NCBI GenBank assembly: GCA_044221725.1
Contig: JBGAON010000002.1
Span: forward strand, 256,001 to 320,000
Origin: Elusimicrobiota bacterium
GTDB lineage: Bacteria > Elusimicrobiota > Elusimicrobia > F11
Length of the DNA: 64,000 bases
Direction: 5' to 3'
This document shows positions 17,919 to 26,677 of this stretch, one piece after another. How positions within the stretch are numbered: the first letter of the stretch is position 1; every line of letters starts with the position of its first letter. The notes below the pieces were generated by a model. The model worked only from the letters and a program-made list of their open reading frames with translations, ran no database searches and had not been told where the DNA came from. A program made the position numbers and the translations under genes.

Positions 17919-19049
17919 ATGCAAATGAAGACGATCCCGAAACTCGCCATTAAGTTTTTAATGCTCGCGGCGCTTGTTTTTTGCGCGATGGAAGTGCGTC
18001 TCGAAATGTTTTCGCCTTCGCCGTTCATCGCGAAAGGCGGGAAAATTGTTTTGCCGGCAAACAAAGAATACGTGTTTGTCAACAAAAACGCCGTGCGACT
18101 GGATCCGGTCGTGCACGTGAGAAAAAATTCGCTGGGTTTCCGTGGAGTGGAGCCACCTGCAAATTTCTCGGATCATTACTCTGTCATCATCGTGGGCGGG
18201 AGCTCGGCCGCGTGCGACAACTTAAGCGAGGGAAAAACATGGGAGGATCGCCTTGCAGAGAAGCTTCGTGCGGCCGTCGCAAATCTTTGGCTCAACAACG
18301 CGGGTTTTGCCGGGCATTCGTCCATCGCGAATATTCTTTTAATGGAAGACTATGTCGTGAAACTCAAGCCCAAGATGGTGATTTTCTTTGTGGGTATTAA
18401 TGACATTAATATCGAAGGGCAGAGCCAATTTGATAATTCCATCGTGCAGGGGCGCTTCCAGTTTAATTCGGCGATTGATTTTTTGCGCTCCGTCAGCCGA
18501 AACATTGAAACGATTAATTTGCTCGTGAACCTCGCGCAGCGGACTCTCGGCGTGAAGCGTTCAATGGCCTACGGCGAATACGATTTGCGAACAATTCCAC
18601 GCATGGATTTACCGGAAAATATTGTTCGTGACCGCTTGAAAAAGCAGCAAGAAAGCCTGTTGCCAGCGTTCGATGGGCGAATTCATCAATTGCTAAAGCT
18701 CTGTCGCGACAATAACATCATGCCGGTGTACGTGACGGTTCCCGCGTTGTTTGGCGACGCGGTTGATGATGTAACAGGTGTGAATTTGGGCACCATGGCG
18801 GTGTCCGACAACGAAAACGGACATCTTAAAGGGGCGTTGCTCGAAATGTACAACCAGCGTATTCTTGATTTACGGACCGAACATGTCATCGTGATCGACT
18901 TGGCTCACGAACTCCCGAAGAGCAGTCGTTATTTTTCAGATTTTTATCACTTTACAAACGAAGGCGCCGCGCTTGTTGCGGACCTGATTCATAAGGACCT
19001 TATGCCCGTCATCCAAAATAATTTGGCGCAAAGCCCCGAGCAACAATGA
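17919..19049 (+). CDS. SGNH/GDSL-family hydrolase/acyltransferase with N-terminal anchor
   Basis: Block I VGGSS, block II NAGFAG, block III VGIND and block V DFYH. ATG at 17919. Confidence 0.8.
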   Translation: MQMKTIPKLAIKFLMLAALVFCAMEVRLEMFSPSPFIAKGGKIVLPANKEYVFVNKNAVRLDPVVHVRKNSLGFRGVEPPANFSDHYSVIIVGGSSAACDNLSEGKTWEDRLAEKLRAAVANLWLNNAGFAGHSSIANILLMEDYVVKLKPKMVIFFVGINDINIEGQSQFDNSIVQGRFQFNSAIDFLRSVSRNIETINLLVNLAQRTLGVKRSMAYGEYDLRTIPRMDLPENIVRDRLKKQQESLLPAFDGRIHQLLKLCRDNNIMPVYVTVPALFGDAVDDVTGVNLGTMAVSDNENGHLKGALLEMYNQRILDLRTEHVIVIDLAHELPKSSRYFSDFYHFTNEGAALVADLIHKDLMPVIQNNLAQSPEQQ

Positions 19050-20719
19050 AGTTATCCAAGCTACTAACGCGTTATCCGCTGTTGTTGCTGTTTGTGGTTG
19101 GGTTCTTTGTCCACGCGTACAAGATCGGAATGGACTTGCCGAACAATTACAACACGGACGAGCCGCACCATCTGAACGTGGCTGCGCATTTTGGGACGGG
19201 CGACTTGAATCCGCACGATTTCAAATATCCATCGCTGTGGAAGTACGCGCTGTTCGCGATGCTCGGGGCAATCTACGTAGCGGGTCTCTTAATGAGTCTC
19301 GTGGCGACGTCCGCGCAATTCGCGCAGCAATATCTTTATCATCCGGGCTTTTTCTTTTTGTGCGCGCGGTTGCTCAGTGCCGCGTTTCTCTGCCTGGTTC
19401 CGCTGGTTTTTTATGTGATCGGCACGCGTTTTTATAATCAGAAAATAGCGTGGAGTGCGGCATGTCTAGCGCTTCTGTCGAGCGCTCTTTCTAATTTTGG
19501 GATACAAGCGGTGCCTTACAGCCTTCTCGTGTTCTGCGCGGCCTGCGCGCTTGTTCCGCTGCACGAAATAATGAGCGGTGCGGGCCTTAAGTCTTACCTT
19601 TTGATGGGATTGTTTATCGGGCTTTCCATTTCTTCGCACTACGTGGCCGCTCCGTTTGTGAGTCTGCTGGCGGTAGCATTTTTTCAGCCGATTTCACTTC
19701 GAACGAAAATTCAATACATGTTGGCCGGATTCGCGATGGTTCTCGTTGGTTTCTTCTTGGGAACGCCGTACCTGTTGATCGATTTAAAAGGGGCGATGCC
19801 GACCTTTACCGAGCATTACGAGATTGAAGACGTGGGAATTTTTTCGAACGTGAGCCGCGAGAAATTTGCGGCGATGGCGCTTAATTTTTTCCAATTCTTG
19901 GATACCTGGGGCGTGGGTTTTGTTTTGATGGTGGTTGGAGCCTTTGCGGCAATTCGGAAGAATAAAAAGATGGCGGTTCTTTTTTTTCCGCTGGTCAGTG
20001 CTTGGCCCATATTGCTCATTTCTTTTTATGGGAATGTGATTCGCTACACGGTGCTTTTGTCTCTTCCATTAATTTTGCTGGCCTCGTTCGGTGTTGTGTA
20101 TGTGCTGGAGACGTTCGGACAGAGCGTCGTCAAGCGCAGCGTCATTATCTTAGCGTTCGTCGCCGTGTTGGCATCGGACTATTGCTTGAACCGTTATTAT
20201 CTGGCGCTGCCCGATTGCCGAACGCAGGCCAAGGAATGGATTCAAAAAAATGTGCCGAGCGGAGAAAAACTGTTTTTGCCGGGCTTCTATTACGGACCGC
20301 AATTGTTGATGGACAAAACGCAAACGGACCGTCTCGCGCAGCGCATGCGGGAGCTGAATCATCCGCGCGCCATTTATTTCGAAACGTTGTCGGCTGGTCA
20401 CCCGGGCGGTGGATACGAGCTTTTCTACATCAAGAAAACGATTGAGGAGATGCGCGATTTGCCAGGGCGAACGCAGCGTGCGTTTGAAGCGCAAGAGCTG
20501 CTCGATGTGGCGTCCGACGGTACGCGCGTGTTGCACGCGAATGGAATTCGGTGGGTTGTCGTACTCAAGAAGTGGTACGTGCAAGATCGGTACAAGAGTT
20601 GGTTGCAACAGCTGCGCACGGAAGCGCGCCTCGTCGCCACGTTTGACGCTGTGCCGAAAAGAATTAAGGGGGAGTCTGTTGATATCTATGAATTTGAAGC
20701 GGCGGCCCCACGTTCATGA
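19046..20719 (+). CDS. GT-C fold (ArnT/PMT-like) membrane glycosyltransferase
   Basis: First-loop NTDEPHH, LNPHDFKYP, ARLLSA and GTPY motifs. About 11-12 hydrophobic segments and a C-terminal soluble domain starting DCRTQAKEWI. Confidence 0.75.
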   Translation: MKLSKLLTRYPLLLLFVVGFFVHAYKIGMDLPNNYNTDEPHHLNVAAHFGTGDLNPHDFKYPSLWKYALFAMLGAIYVAGLLMSLVATSAQFAQQYLYHPGFFFLCARLLSAAFLCLVPLVFYVIGTRFYNQKIAWSAACLALLSSALSNFGIQAVPYSLLVFCAACALVPLHEIMSGAGLKSYLLMGLFIGLSISSHYVAAPFVSLLAVAFFQPISLRTKIQYMLAGFAMVLVGFFLGTPYLLIDLKGAMPTFTEHYEIEDVGIFSNVSREKFAAMALNFFQFLDTWGVGFVLMVVGAFAAIRKNKKMAVLFFPLVSAWPILLISFYGNVIRYTVLLSLPLILLASFGVVYVLETFGQSVVKRSVIILAFVAVLASDYCLNRYYLALPDCRTQAKEWIQKNVPSGEKLFLPGFYYGPQLLMDKTQTDRLAQRMRELNHPRAIYFETLSAGHPGGGYELFYIKKTIEEMRDLPGRTQRAFEAQELLDVASDGTRVLHANGIRWVVVLKKWYVQDRYKSWLQQLRTEARLVATFDAVPKRIKGESVDIYEFEAAAPRS

Positions 20720-22125
20720 CCGCACAAATTTTTGTTTTGCACCGTAAAAATGTTGATCGCGGCGATGCGAATGTCTATTTGTTAATCGCGGATCGCCCCG
20801 ATTCAAACGATCGAGAGATAACAGAATCTTTTCTCAAAAATGCGCCGACCCCCAACGCCCACGTATTGAAAAACAAGTCGCCGCAAGGTGTCGGTGGAAA
20901 TCAGAAAATCGTTTTCCGGTACGCAGTCGAAAACGGGTTTCAATCGGTCGCTGTGCTGCAAGGCTGCAACGTTGCTTTGTTAAACCAATTGCCGGAAATG
21001 TTCCGCACGTTTGATAGCGAAGACAACGATGCGCTGTTGGCGGTGAACGAATATCGCTCGGTCGTGGACAAAATTGCCGGAGGTATTCATAACAAGTTGA
21101 CCGGCGCCGGCCTGAAAGGCTGGCGGTCCGCCGTGAGGATTTATAACACAGCCGCGCTTTCCAATATCGCCTATGTCTTAAATACGAACAGTGAGAATTT
21201 TGATACCGAGGTTCTGTTGCAGTTTGTTCACGCGCAACGTCCCATCAAAGAAGTTGCGTTGCCACGCAATACGTTTGGCGGTGGATCGTGCGGTGGTTCG
21301 CTCAAAGACGCGCTGAAATCCTCACTCAAGTTTTTCTTTCAGCGCTTTCACTTGTTTTACGACGTGCGGTTCCACGCGTCGATTCTCTCCGACGCGCACC
21401 TGACGCGTGAGCAACACGAGGCGCCCGTTTACGAAAGCAAAATGTCATCGGTGAGTCCGCATTCGCTCGTGTGCGAATCCGAGAACATTGTTCCCAAAGA
21501 GAGTCGCGTCCTTGATATCGGTTGTTCGAAAGGATACGTCGCGACCTATTTGAGCAAGCGCAAGGGATGTCGGGTGGTTGGTATCGATGTTTTGCCGAGA
21601 TCGGAAGTGTCCCCGGATGGTTTTCGGTACGAGCAAATAAATCTTGAGACGGAGCTGGGCAAGCTTAACGATGTTCTTATTCGGGACGAGTTCGATACCA
21701 TTCTTATGTTGGATGTGCTCGAGCATTTGGCCGTGCCCGAGAGCTTTCTGCTCAATTTATCGCAACACAAATTTCCGACGTCCCCTCGATTTGTGTGCAG
21801 CACCGCGAATGTTGCTTTTATCGTGATTCGAATCATGCTCCTGCTCGGGCACTTCAACTACGGTCGCCGAGGGATTCTTGATATTACGCACAAACGGCTT
21901 TTCTCGGCGCACACGTTCCGAAACATTTTGACCCAAACGGGTTTTGTGATCACGCACGAGCACTATATTCCGTTCCCGTTTGCGTCGTTGGGGTGGCCGG
22001 CGTCTGTCGCCAAGAAGCTCGAGACGATCAATCGCTGGCTCATTAAGCTGCGACCGCGTCTGTTTTCTTATCAGATCCTGTTCGAGGCGACTCCATTGTC
22101 CGCGCCAGATTTGGTATTGAAATGA
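20716..22125 (+). CDS. Fusion of a degenerate GT2-like domain and a class I SAM methyltransferase
   Basis: N-half has GVGGNQK...RYAVENGF and FDTEVLLQ but no DxD motif. C-half has VLDIGCSKG, LDVLEHL and GILDITH. Confidence 0.7.
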   Translation: MTAQIFVLHRKNVDRGDANVYLLIADRPDSNDREITESFLKNAPTPNAHVLKNKSPQGVGGNQKIVFRYAVENGFQSVAVLQGCNVALLNQLPEMFRTFDSEDNDALLAVNEYRSVVDKIAGGIHNKLTGAGLKGWRSAVRIYNTAALSNIAYVLNTNSENFDTEVLLQFVHAQRPIKEVALPRNTFGGGSCGGSLKDALKSSLKFFFQRFHLFYDVRFHASILSDAHLTREQHEAPVYESKMSSVSPHSLVCESENIVPKESRVLDIGCSKGYVATYLSKRKGCRVVGIDVLPRSEVSPDGFRYEQINLETELGKLNDVLIRDEFDTILMLDVLEHLAVPESFLLNLSQHKFPTSPRFVCSTANVAFIVIRIMLLLGHFNYGRRGILDITHKRLFSAHTFRNILTQTGFVITHEHYIPFPFASLGWPASVAKKLETINRWLIKLRPRLFSYQILFEATPLSAPDLVLK

Positions 22126-22153
22126 TCCACTTTTACAAACGTTAGGAGAAACG

Positions 22154-22705
22154 ATGGACGAGCAGAATTGGCTCTCAACATACTTTGAGCAGTACAAGAA
22201 GACGATTATTGCGCCCGGTGTGTACAAAGATCTTGTTGAGCTTAAAAATTGGATCGAGAAAGCGAACCAGGCTGGCAAAAAGACGATTTTTGTCGGCAAT
22301 GGCGGCAGCGCCGCCATGTCGAGCCATGCGGCGGTCGATTTCACGAAGACGGCCGGCATTCGAGCCGTCAATTTCAACGAAGCTGACTTGATCACGTGTT
22401 TCGCAAACGATTACGGCTATGAAAATTGGGTGGCGCGAGCGCTTGAATTTTATGCGGACCCGGGCGACGTCGTCGTGCTGATCAGCTCAAGCGGAAAATC
22501 ACCGAACATGGTGAATGGCGCAACGTACGCGAAGTCAAAAAATCTTTCGCTAGCGACGTTTACCGGTTTTTCAAATTCGAATCCGCTGCGCGCGCTCGGA
22601 GGCTTAAACTTTTGGGTCGACAGCACCGCGTACAACGTTGTCGAAAACACCCATCTTGTATGGATTCTCGCGGTCTGCGATCTCGTGATCGCCACAAAGA
22701 AATGA
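22154..22705 (+). CDS. SIS-domain phosphosugar isomerase (GmhA/phosphoheptose isomerase-like)
   Basis: GNGGSAAMSSH, TCFANDYG, ISSSGKSPN and FTGF motifs. AGGAG ribosome-binding site. Confidence 0.85.
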   Translation: MDEQNWLSTYFEQYKKTIIAPGVYKDLVELKNWIEKANQAGKKTIFVGNGGSAAMSSHAAVDFTKTAGIRAVNFNEADLITCFANDYGYENWVARALEFYADPGDVVVLISSSGKSPNMVNGATYAKSKNLSLATFTGFSNSNPLRALGGLNFWVDSTAYNVVENTHLVWILAVCDLVIATKK

Positions 22706-23901
22706 AGCGCTTCGATTGCATTGTTGTTGGAGCCGGCGTGATCGGTTCCGCGGTCGCGCGGTCGCTGCTGTTGCGCAAGAAAGCGAAATCCGTGGCTGTG
22801 ATCGAAAAAGAAAACGAGCCCGCGCAACACACGAGCGGACGCAACAGCGGCGTCGTGCACGCCGGGTTTAATCTGAAACCAGGAAGCCTCAAGGCCAAGT
22901 TCTGCGTTGAAGGCAACGTGCGCATGAAAGAATTCTGTACGAAGAAAAACGTGCCGCTCGAGCCCGTGGGCACGCTGGTTGTGGCATTGAAAGACGAAGA
23001 GAAATCCGTGCTCGAGGAGATCCATCGCCGTGGCGTCGCGAACGGAGTGCCGGGTGTCGAACTCATCGATGCAAAGCGGTTGCAACAATTGGAACCAAAC
23101 GCGATCGGTGTTGCTGCGCTTCACGCCCCGTCGGGAGCCATCACGAGTGGAAAATACGTGACGCAAGCGCTCGTCGAGGATGCCAAGCAAATGGGGGCTC
23201 AATTTTTCTTTGGTGAGCGTGTGCGCGCAATCGAAGAAGTGGGGCCCGATTATCGGGTGTTGGCCGGTTCCGATGCCTACGTCGCGCCGAAACTCTTCAA
23301 TTGCGCCGGCTTGTACGCGGACAATGTCGCGCACAAAATGGACGTTGGCCTTTCGTATACGATCGTGCCCTTCCGCGGCGAATACTTTAAGCTAACGTCC
23401 GAAAAAAAGAATCTCGTACGCTCCATGATTTACCCGGTGCCGGATTTGAACTATCCGTTCCTGGGCGTGCACTGGACAAAAATGATTTCCGGCGACCTCA
23501 TGATTGGCCCCAGCGCCACAATGGCGTTCGGGCGCGAATCGTACAAGCCGACCTCGATTGGGTGGGGGGACACGCTGAAAATGTTTTCCACGGCAAATTT
23601 CTGGAAAATGTTTGCGTCAAAAGATTTCCGACGGATGGCACGTCAGCAAATGGCGATGTCGTTCAATCGCGCGATGTTCATCGGCGAAGCACAAAAACTT
23701 GTGCGCGGAGCCGAGGTAAAGGATTTCTTGCCCGGCAAAAACGGAAACCGATCGCAGGTTATCGACCGAAACGGCAAGCTTGTCGATGATATTCTCATCG
23801 AAAAGAAAGGCGGCTCTCTCCATGTGTTGAACGCCGTGTCGCCCGGTTTCACATGCTCGCTGCCGTTTGCTGATCATCTTGTGGATTCGCTGTTGAACTG
23901 A
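22702..23901 (+). CDS. lhgO: FAD-dependent oxidoreductase, L-2-hydroxyglutarate oxidase-like
   Basis: VGAGVIG, HTSGRNSGVVHAG, PGSLKA, NCAGLYAD, FRGEY, IYPVPD, FLGVH and HVLNAVSPGFT motifs. Confidence 0.8.
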   Translation: MKRFDCIVVGAGVIGSAVARSLLLRKKAKSVAVIEKENEPAQHTSGRNSGVVHAGFNLKPGSLKAKFCVEGNVRMKEFCTKKNVPLEPVGTLVVALKDEEKSVLEEIHRRGVANGVPGVELIDAKRLQQLEPNAIGVAALHAPSGAITSGKYVTQALVEDAKQMGAQFFFGERVRAIEEVGPDYRVLAGSDAYVAPKLFNCAGLYADNVAHKMDVGLSYTIVPFRGEYFKLTSEKKNLVRSMIYPVPDLNYPFLGVHWTKMISGDLMIGPSATMAFGRESYKPTSIGWGDTLKMFSTANFWKMFASKDFRRMARQQMAMSFNRAMFIGEAQKLVRGAEVKDFLPGKNGNRSQVIDRNGKLVDDILIEKKGGSLHVLNAVSPGFTCSLPFADHLVDSLLN

Positions 23902-24608
23902 TGAACGCGCTGACGCGACTTTCGATTGTTGTTCCGGTCTATAACGAAGTCGCGTTGGTGCCTGGCACGATTGCCCGTCTAAAGCAATTATCAATTCCCA
24001 AAGAGATCATTGTTGTCGATGACGGATCCACCGACGGTACGCGGGAATTTCTTGAGAATCTTCACTCGCAGGAAAAAGAAATCAAATTCCTGTTCCACGA
24101 AAAAAATCAAGGCAAAGGCGCCGCGCTTCGTACCGGTATTCGGGCAGCGACCGGTGATATTATTGGGATCCAGGACGCCGATCTTGAATACGATCCGAAA
24201 GAATTTTCAAGGCTCATTGAGCCCATCGTGTCGGGCGATGCGGACGTTGTGTACGGGTCTCGATTTAAAGGCGAGCGGGTGCGCGTGCTGTTGTTCTGGC
24301 ATTACGTCGGTAACAAATTCCTTACGCTGCTGTCGAACATGTGCACAAATTTGAACCTCACCGACATGGAAACCGGTTACAAAGTGTTTCGCGCGGACAT
24401 GTTAAAGAGCATTCCCATCCGGTCAAACCGCTTTGGTTTTGAGCCGGAAATTACCGCCAAAGTCTCAAAGCGCAAATGCCGCGTCTACGAAATTCCAATC
24501 TCCTACCGGGGACGCACCTATGCCGAGGGAAAAAAAATTAGCTGGAAAGACGGTTTGGCCGCGATTTTTACGATTCTTCGGTTCTGTTTGATCGACGATT
24601 CCAAGTAG
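23901..24608 (+). CDS. Glycosyltransferase family 2, DPM1/polyprenol-phosphate glycosyltransferase-like
   Basis: VPVYNE, VDDGSTDG, NQGKGAA, QDADLEYDP, YGSRF, DMETGYK, FGFEPE and EGKKI motifs. Paralog of 3181..3930. Confidence 0.92.
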   Translation: MNALTRLSIVVPVYNEVALVPGTIARLKQLSIPKEIIVVDDGSTDGTREFLENLHSQEKEIKFLFHEKNQGKGAALRTGIRAATGDIIGIQDADLEYDPKEFSRLIEPIVSGDADVVYGSRFKGERVRVLLFWHYVGNKFLTLLSNMCTNLNLTDMETGYKVFRADMLKSIPIRSNRFGFEPEITAKVSKRKCRVYEIPISYRGRTYAEGKKISWKDGLAAIFTILRFCLIDDSK

Positions 24609-24715
24609 TTTGCGTTTCTTTTTCGTTTTTGCGTGTTTTTTCTCCTTCCTTTAATTGATATTCGCAATTCAAAAATGGTAAACCTTTCGTCAGAAATCAA
24701 TTTGGAGGCCCTACC

Positions 24716-25681
24716 ACGCGAATTTTAATTACGGGCGGCGCGGGATTCCTCGGCAGTCATCTCTGCGAACATTTCTTGAGCAAAGGGAACGACGTGATTG
24801 CCATGGATAACTTGCTCACCGGTCGTCTCGATAACATCGAACATCTGTTTGCCAACGAGCATTTCACGTTCGTTAAACAAGACGTATCCAATTACATTCA
24901 CGTTCCCGGAAAGTTGGACGTTGTCCTCCATTTCGCCAGTCCCGCCAGTCCCATCGATTACGCCGAACATCCGATTCCAACATTAAAAGTGGGCGCGCTC
25001 GGCACGCACAAAACCCTCGGTTTGGCCAAAGACAAAAAGGCCATCTTTATGCTGGCCTCCACCTCGGAAGTTTATGGCGATCCGGAAGTGAATCCGCAAC
25101 CCGAAACCTATTGGGGCCATGTGAACACGGTGGGGCCGCGCGGCGTTTATGACGAAGCAAAACGATTTGCCGAAGCAATGACGATGGCGTATCACCGCTA
25201 TCACAATGTGTCGGTGCGGTTGCTGCGAATTTTTAATACGTATGGGGAACGCATGCGGCTTCGTGATGGTCGTGCGGTTCCAAACTTCATCACGCAAGCG
25301 CTCAAAGGGGAGCCGTTGACCGTTTACGGAGACGGTTCACAAACCCGGAGTCTGTGTTACGTGAGCGATTTGGTGGACGGTATTGACCGCCTTTTGAATT
25401 CCAATGTGCAAACGCCCGTGAACATTGGAAACCCCCACGAGATGACCGTAAAAGAAATCGCCGAATGGGTTCGGCGCCTCACCAACACAAAATCCGAAAT
25501 TGTTTATCAGCCTCTTCCGGTCGACGATCCGAAGCAGCGCCGCCCTGATATCCGCGTCGCGAAACAGTTGCTTGGTTGGGAACCGCGCGTTCCGGTCGAA
25601 CAGGGATTAAAAAATACCATCGCTTACTTCAAAAAAGCGCTGGGCGTGTCCGACGCGTCGGCGCCTCTCGTCAACGTTTAA
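24716..25681 (+). CDS. UDP-glucuronic acid decarboxylase (UDP-xylose synthase-like)
   Basis: [48 protein letters not shown] and [10 protein letters not shown] motifs. The ORF-track start (24776) cuts off the Rossmann motif. The natural start position, 7 nt after GGAGG, is ACG at 24716. Confidence 0.88.
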   Translation, partial: TRILITGGAGFLGSHLCEHFLSKGNDVIAMDNLLTGRLDNIEHLFANEHFTFVKQDVSNYIHVPGKLDVVLHFASPASPIDYAEHPIPTLKVGALGTHKTLGLAKDKKAIFMLASTSEVYGDPEVNPQPETYWGHVNTVGPRGVYDEAKRFAEAMTMAYHRYHNVSVRLLRIFNTYGERMRLRDGRAVPNFITQALKGEPLTVYGDGSQTRSLCYVSDLVDGIDRLLNSNVQTPVNIGNPHEMTVKEIAEWVRRLTNTKSEIVYQPLPVDDPKQRRPDIRVAKQLLGWEPRVPVEQGLKNTIAYFKKALGVSDASAPLVNV

Positions 25682-25696
25682 GGCGCACCGCGCTTT

Positions 25697-26677
25697 ATGA
25701 CACGCCTAACCGTCGTCATTCCCGTCTATCAAGAAGAAAGAAACATTCGACCTCTGTATCTTCGTTTGAAGAAAGTGACGGCGGCAATAGCGGATATTCA
25801 GTGGGAATACCTTTTTGTGGATGACGGCAGTCGCGATCGTACGTTTGAGGTTTTAAGAGCGCTCTCAGAAGAAGACCAAAAAGTAAAAGTCGTGAGCTTA
25901 ACGCGCAATTTCGGCAAGGAGATTGCGCTTTCGGCCGGTGCGCACGCAGCGAGCGCGGACGCCATTATTTGCATCGATGCCGATTTGCAGCACCCCCCCG
26001 AGCTCATGCCCACCATGGTGGACGAATGGAAGCGAGGAGCGGACGTCGTGATCGCCATCCGCGAAAGCACGGCGAAGAATCCGCTGTTCCGGCGGCTTGG
26101 TTCGTATCTTTTCTACCGAATTATGCGTTGGTCGTCCGGTTTGGAATTTACGCCGGGTACAACCGATTTCCGATTAATTGATAAAAAAGTGTTGTACGTG
26201 TTTCGCGAAATGACCGAGCGCGCGCGACTTTTTCGAGGCCTCGTTGATTGGATGGGCTTCCGTCGCAAAAACATTTATTTCCATGCGGATTCTCGGCTCG
26301 ATGGAGAAACATCGTTTTCGTATCGTCGGCTTTGGCAGTTGGCCGTTAACAGTCTCACCTCCTTTTCACTTTTTCCATTGCGGCTCGCGGCGTATCTCGG
26401 GCTCGTCATCACAATGCTGAGCGGCCTGCTTTTGGTTCGTATGTTGATCGCGAAATTGTTTGCGACCGAAGTGTTCACTCCGCTCGCGGTCGTGGTGGTG
26501 GTGAACACGTTTCTTATGGGCATCGTGCTCATGGCCATTGGTCTCGTGGGATTTTATATTGGCACCATTCACACCGAGGTGATCAACCGTCCGCTGTATA
26601 TTGTTCGGGACCGGCTCAACTTTGGCACGCATCACTACAGCACGGTCGCGCCAGAAATGAAAGCGGTCGAACCGTAA
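25697..26677 (+). CDS. GT2 bactoprenol glycosyltransferase (GtrB/ArnC-like) with C-terminal TM helices
   Basis: VDDGSRD, LTRNFGKEIA, IDADLQHPP, DFRLID and FRGLVDWMGF motifs, two C-terminal TM helices, RPLYIV. Confidence 0.9.
   Translation: MTRLTVVIPVYQEERNIRPLYLRLKKVTAAIADIQWEYLFVDDGSRDRTFEVLRALSEEDQKVKVVSLTRNFGKEIALSAGAHAASADAIICIDADLQHPPELMPTMVDEWKRGADVVIAIRESTAKNPLFRRLGSYLFYRIMRWSSGLEFTPGTTDFRLIDKKVLYVFREMTERARLFRGLVDWMGFRRKNIYFHADSRLDGETSFSYRRLWQLAVNSLTSFSLFPLRLAAYLGLVITMLSGLLLVRMLIAKLFATEVFTPLAVVVVVNTFLMGIVLMAIGLVGFYIGTIHTEVINRPLYIVRDRLNFGTHHYSTVAPEMKAVEP

Noticed and set aside
19669..19680. GGCGGTAGCATT, resembling an RfaH ops element
   Set aside because: It lies inside a coding region, is an imperfect match, and is not in an operon leader; probably chance.
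24609..24700. T-rich intergenic stretch as a possible terminator or promoter
   Set aside because: There is no convincing GC hairpin before the T runs and no well-spaced -35/-10 pair, so I did not call it.
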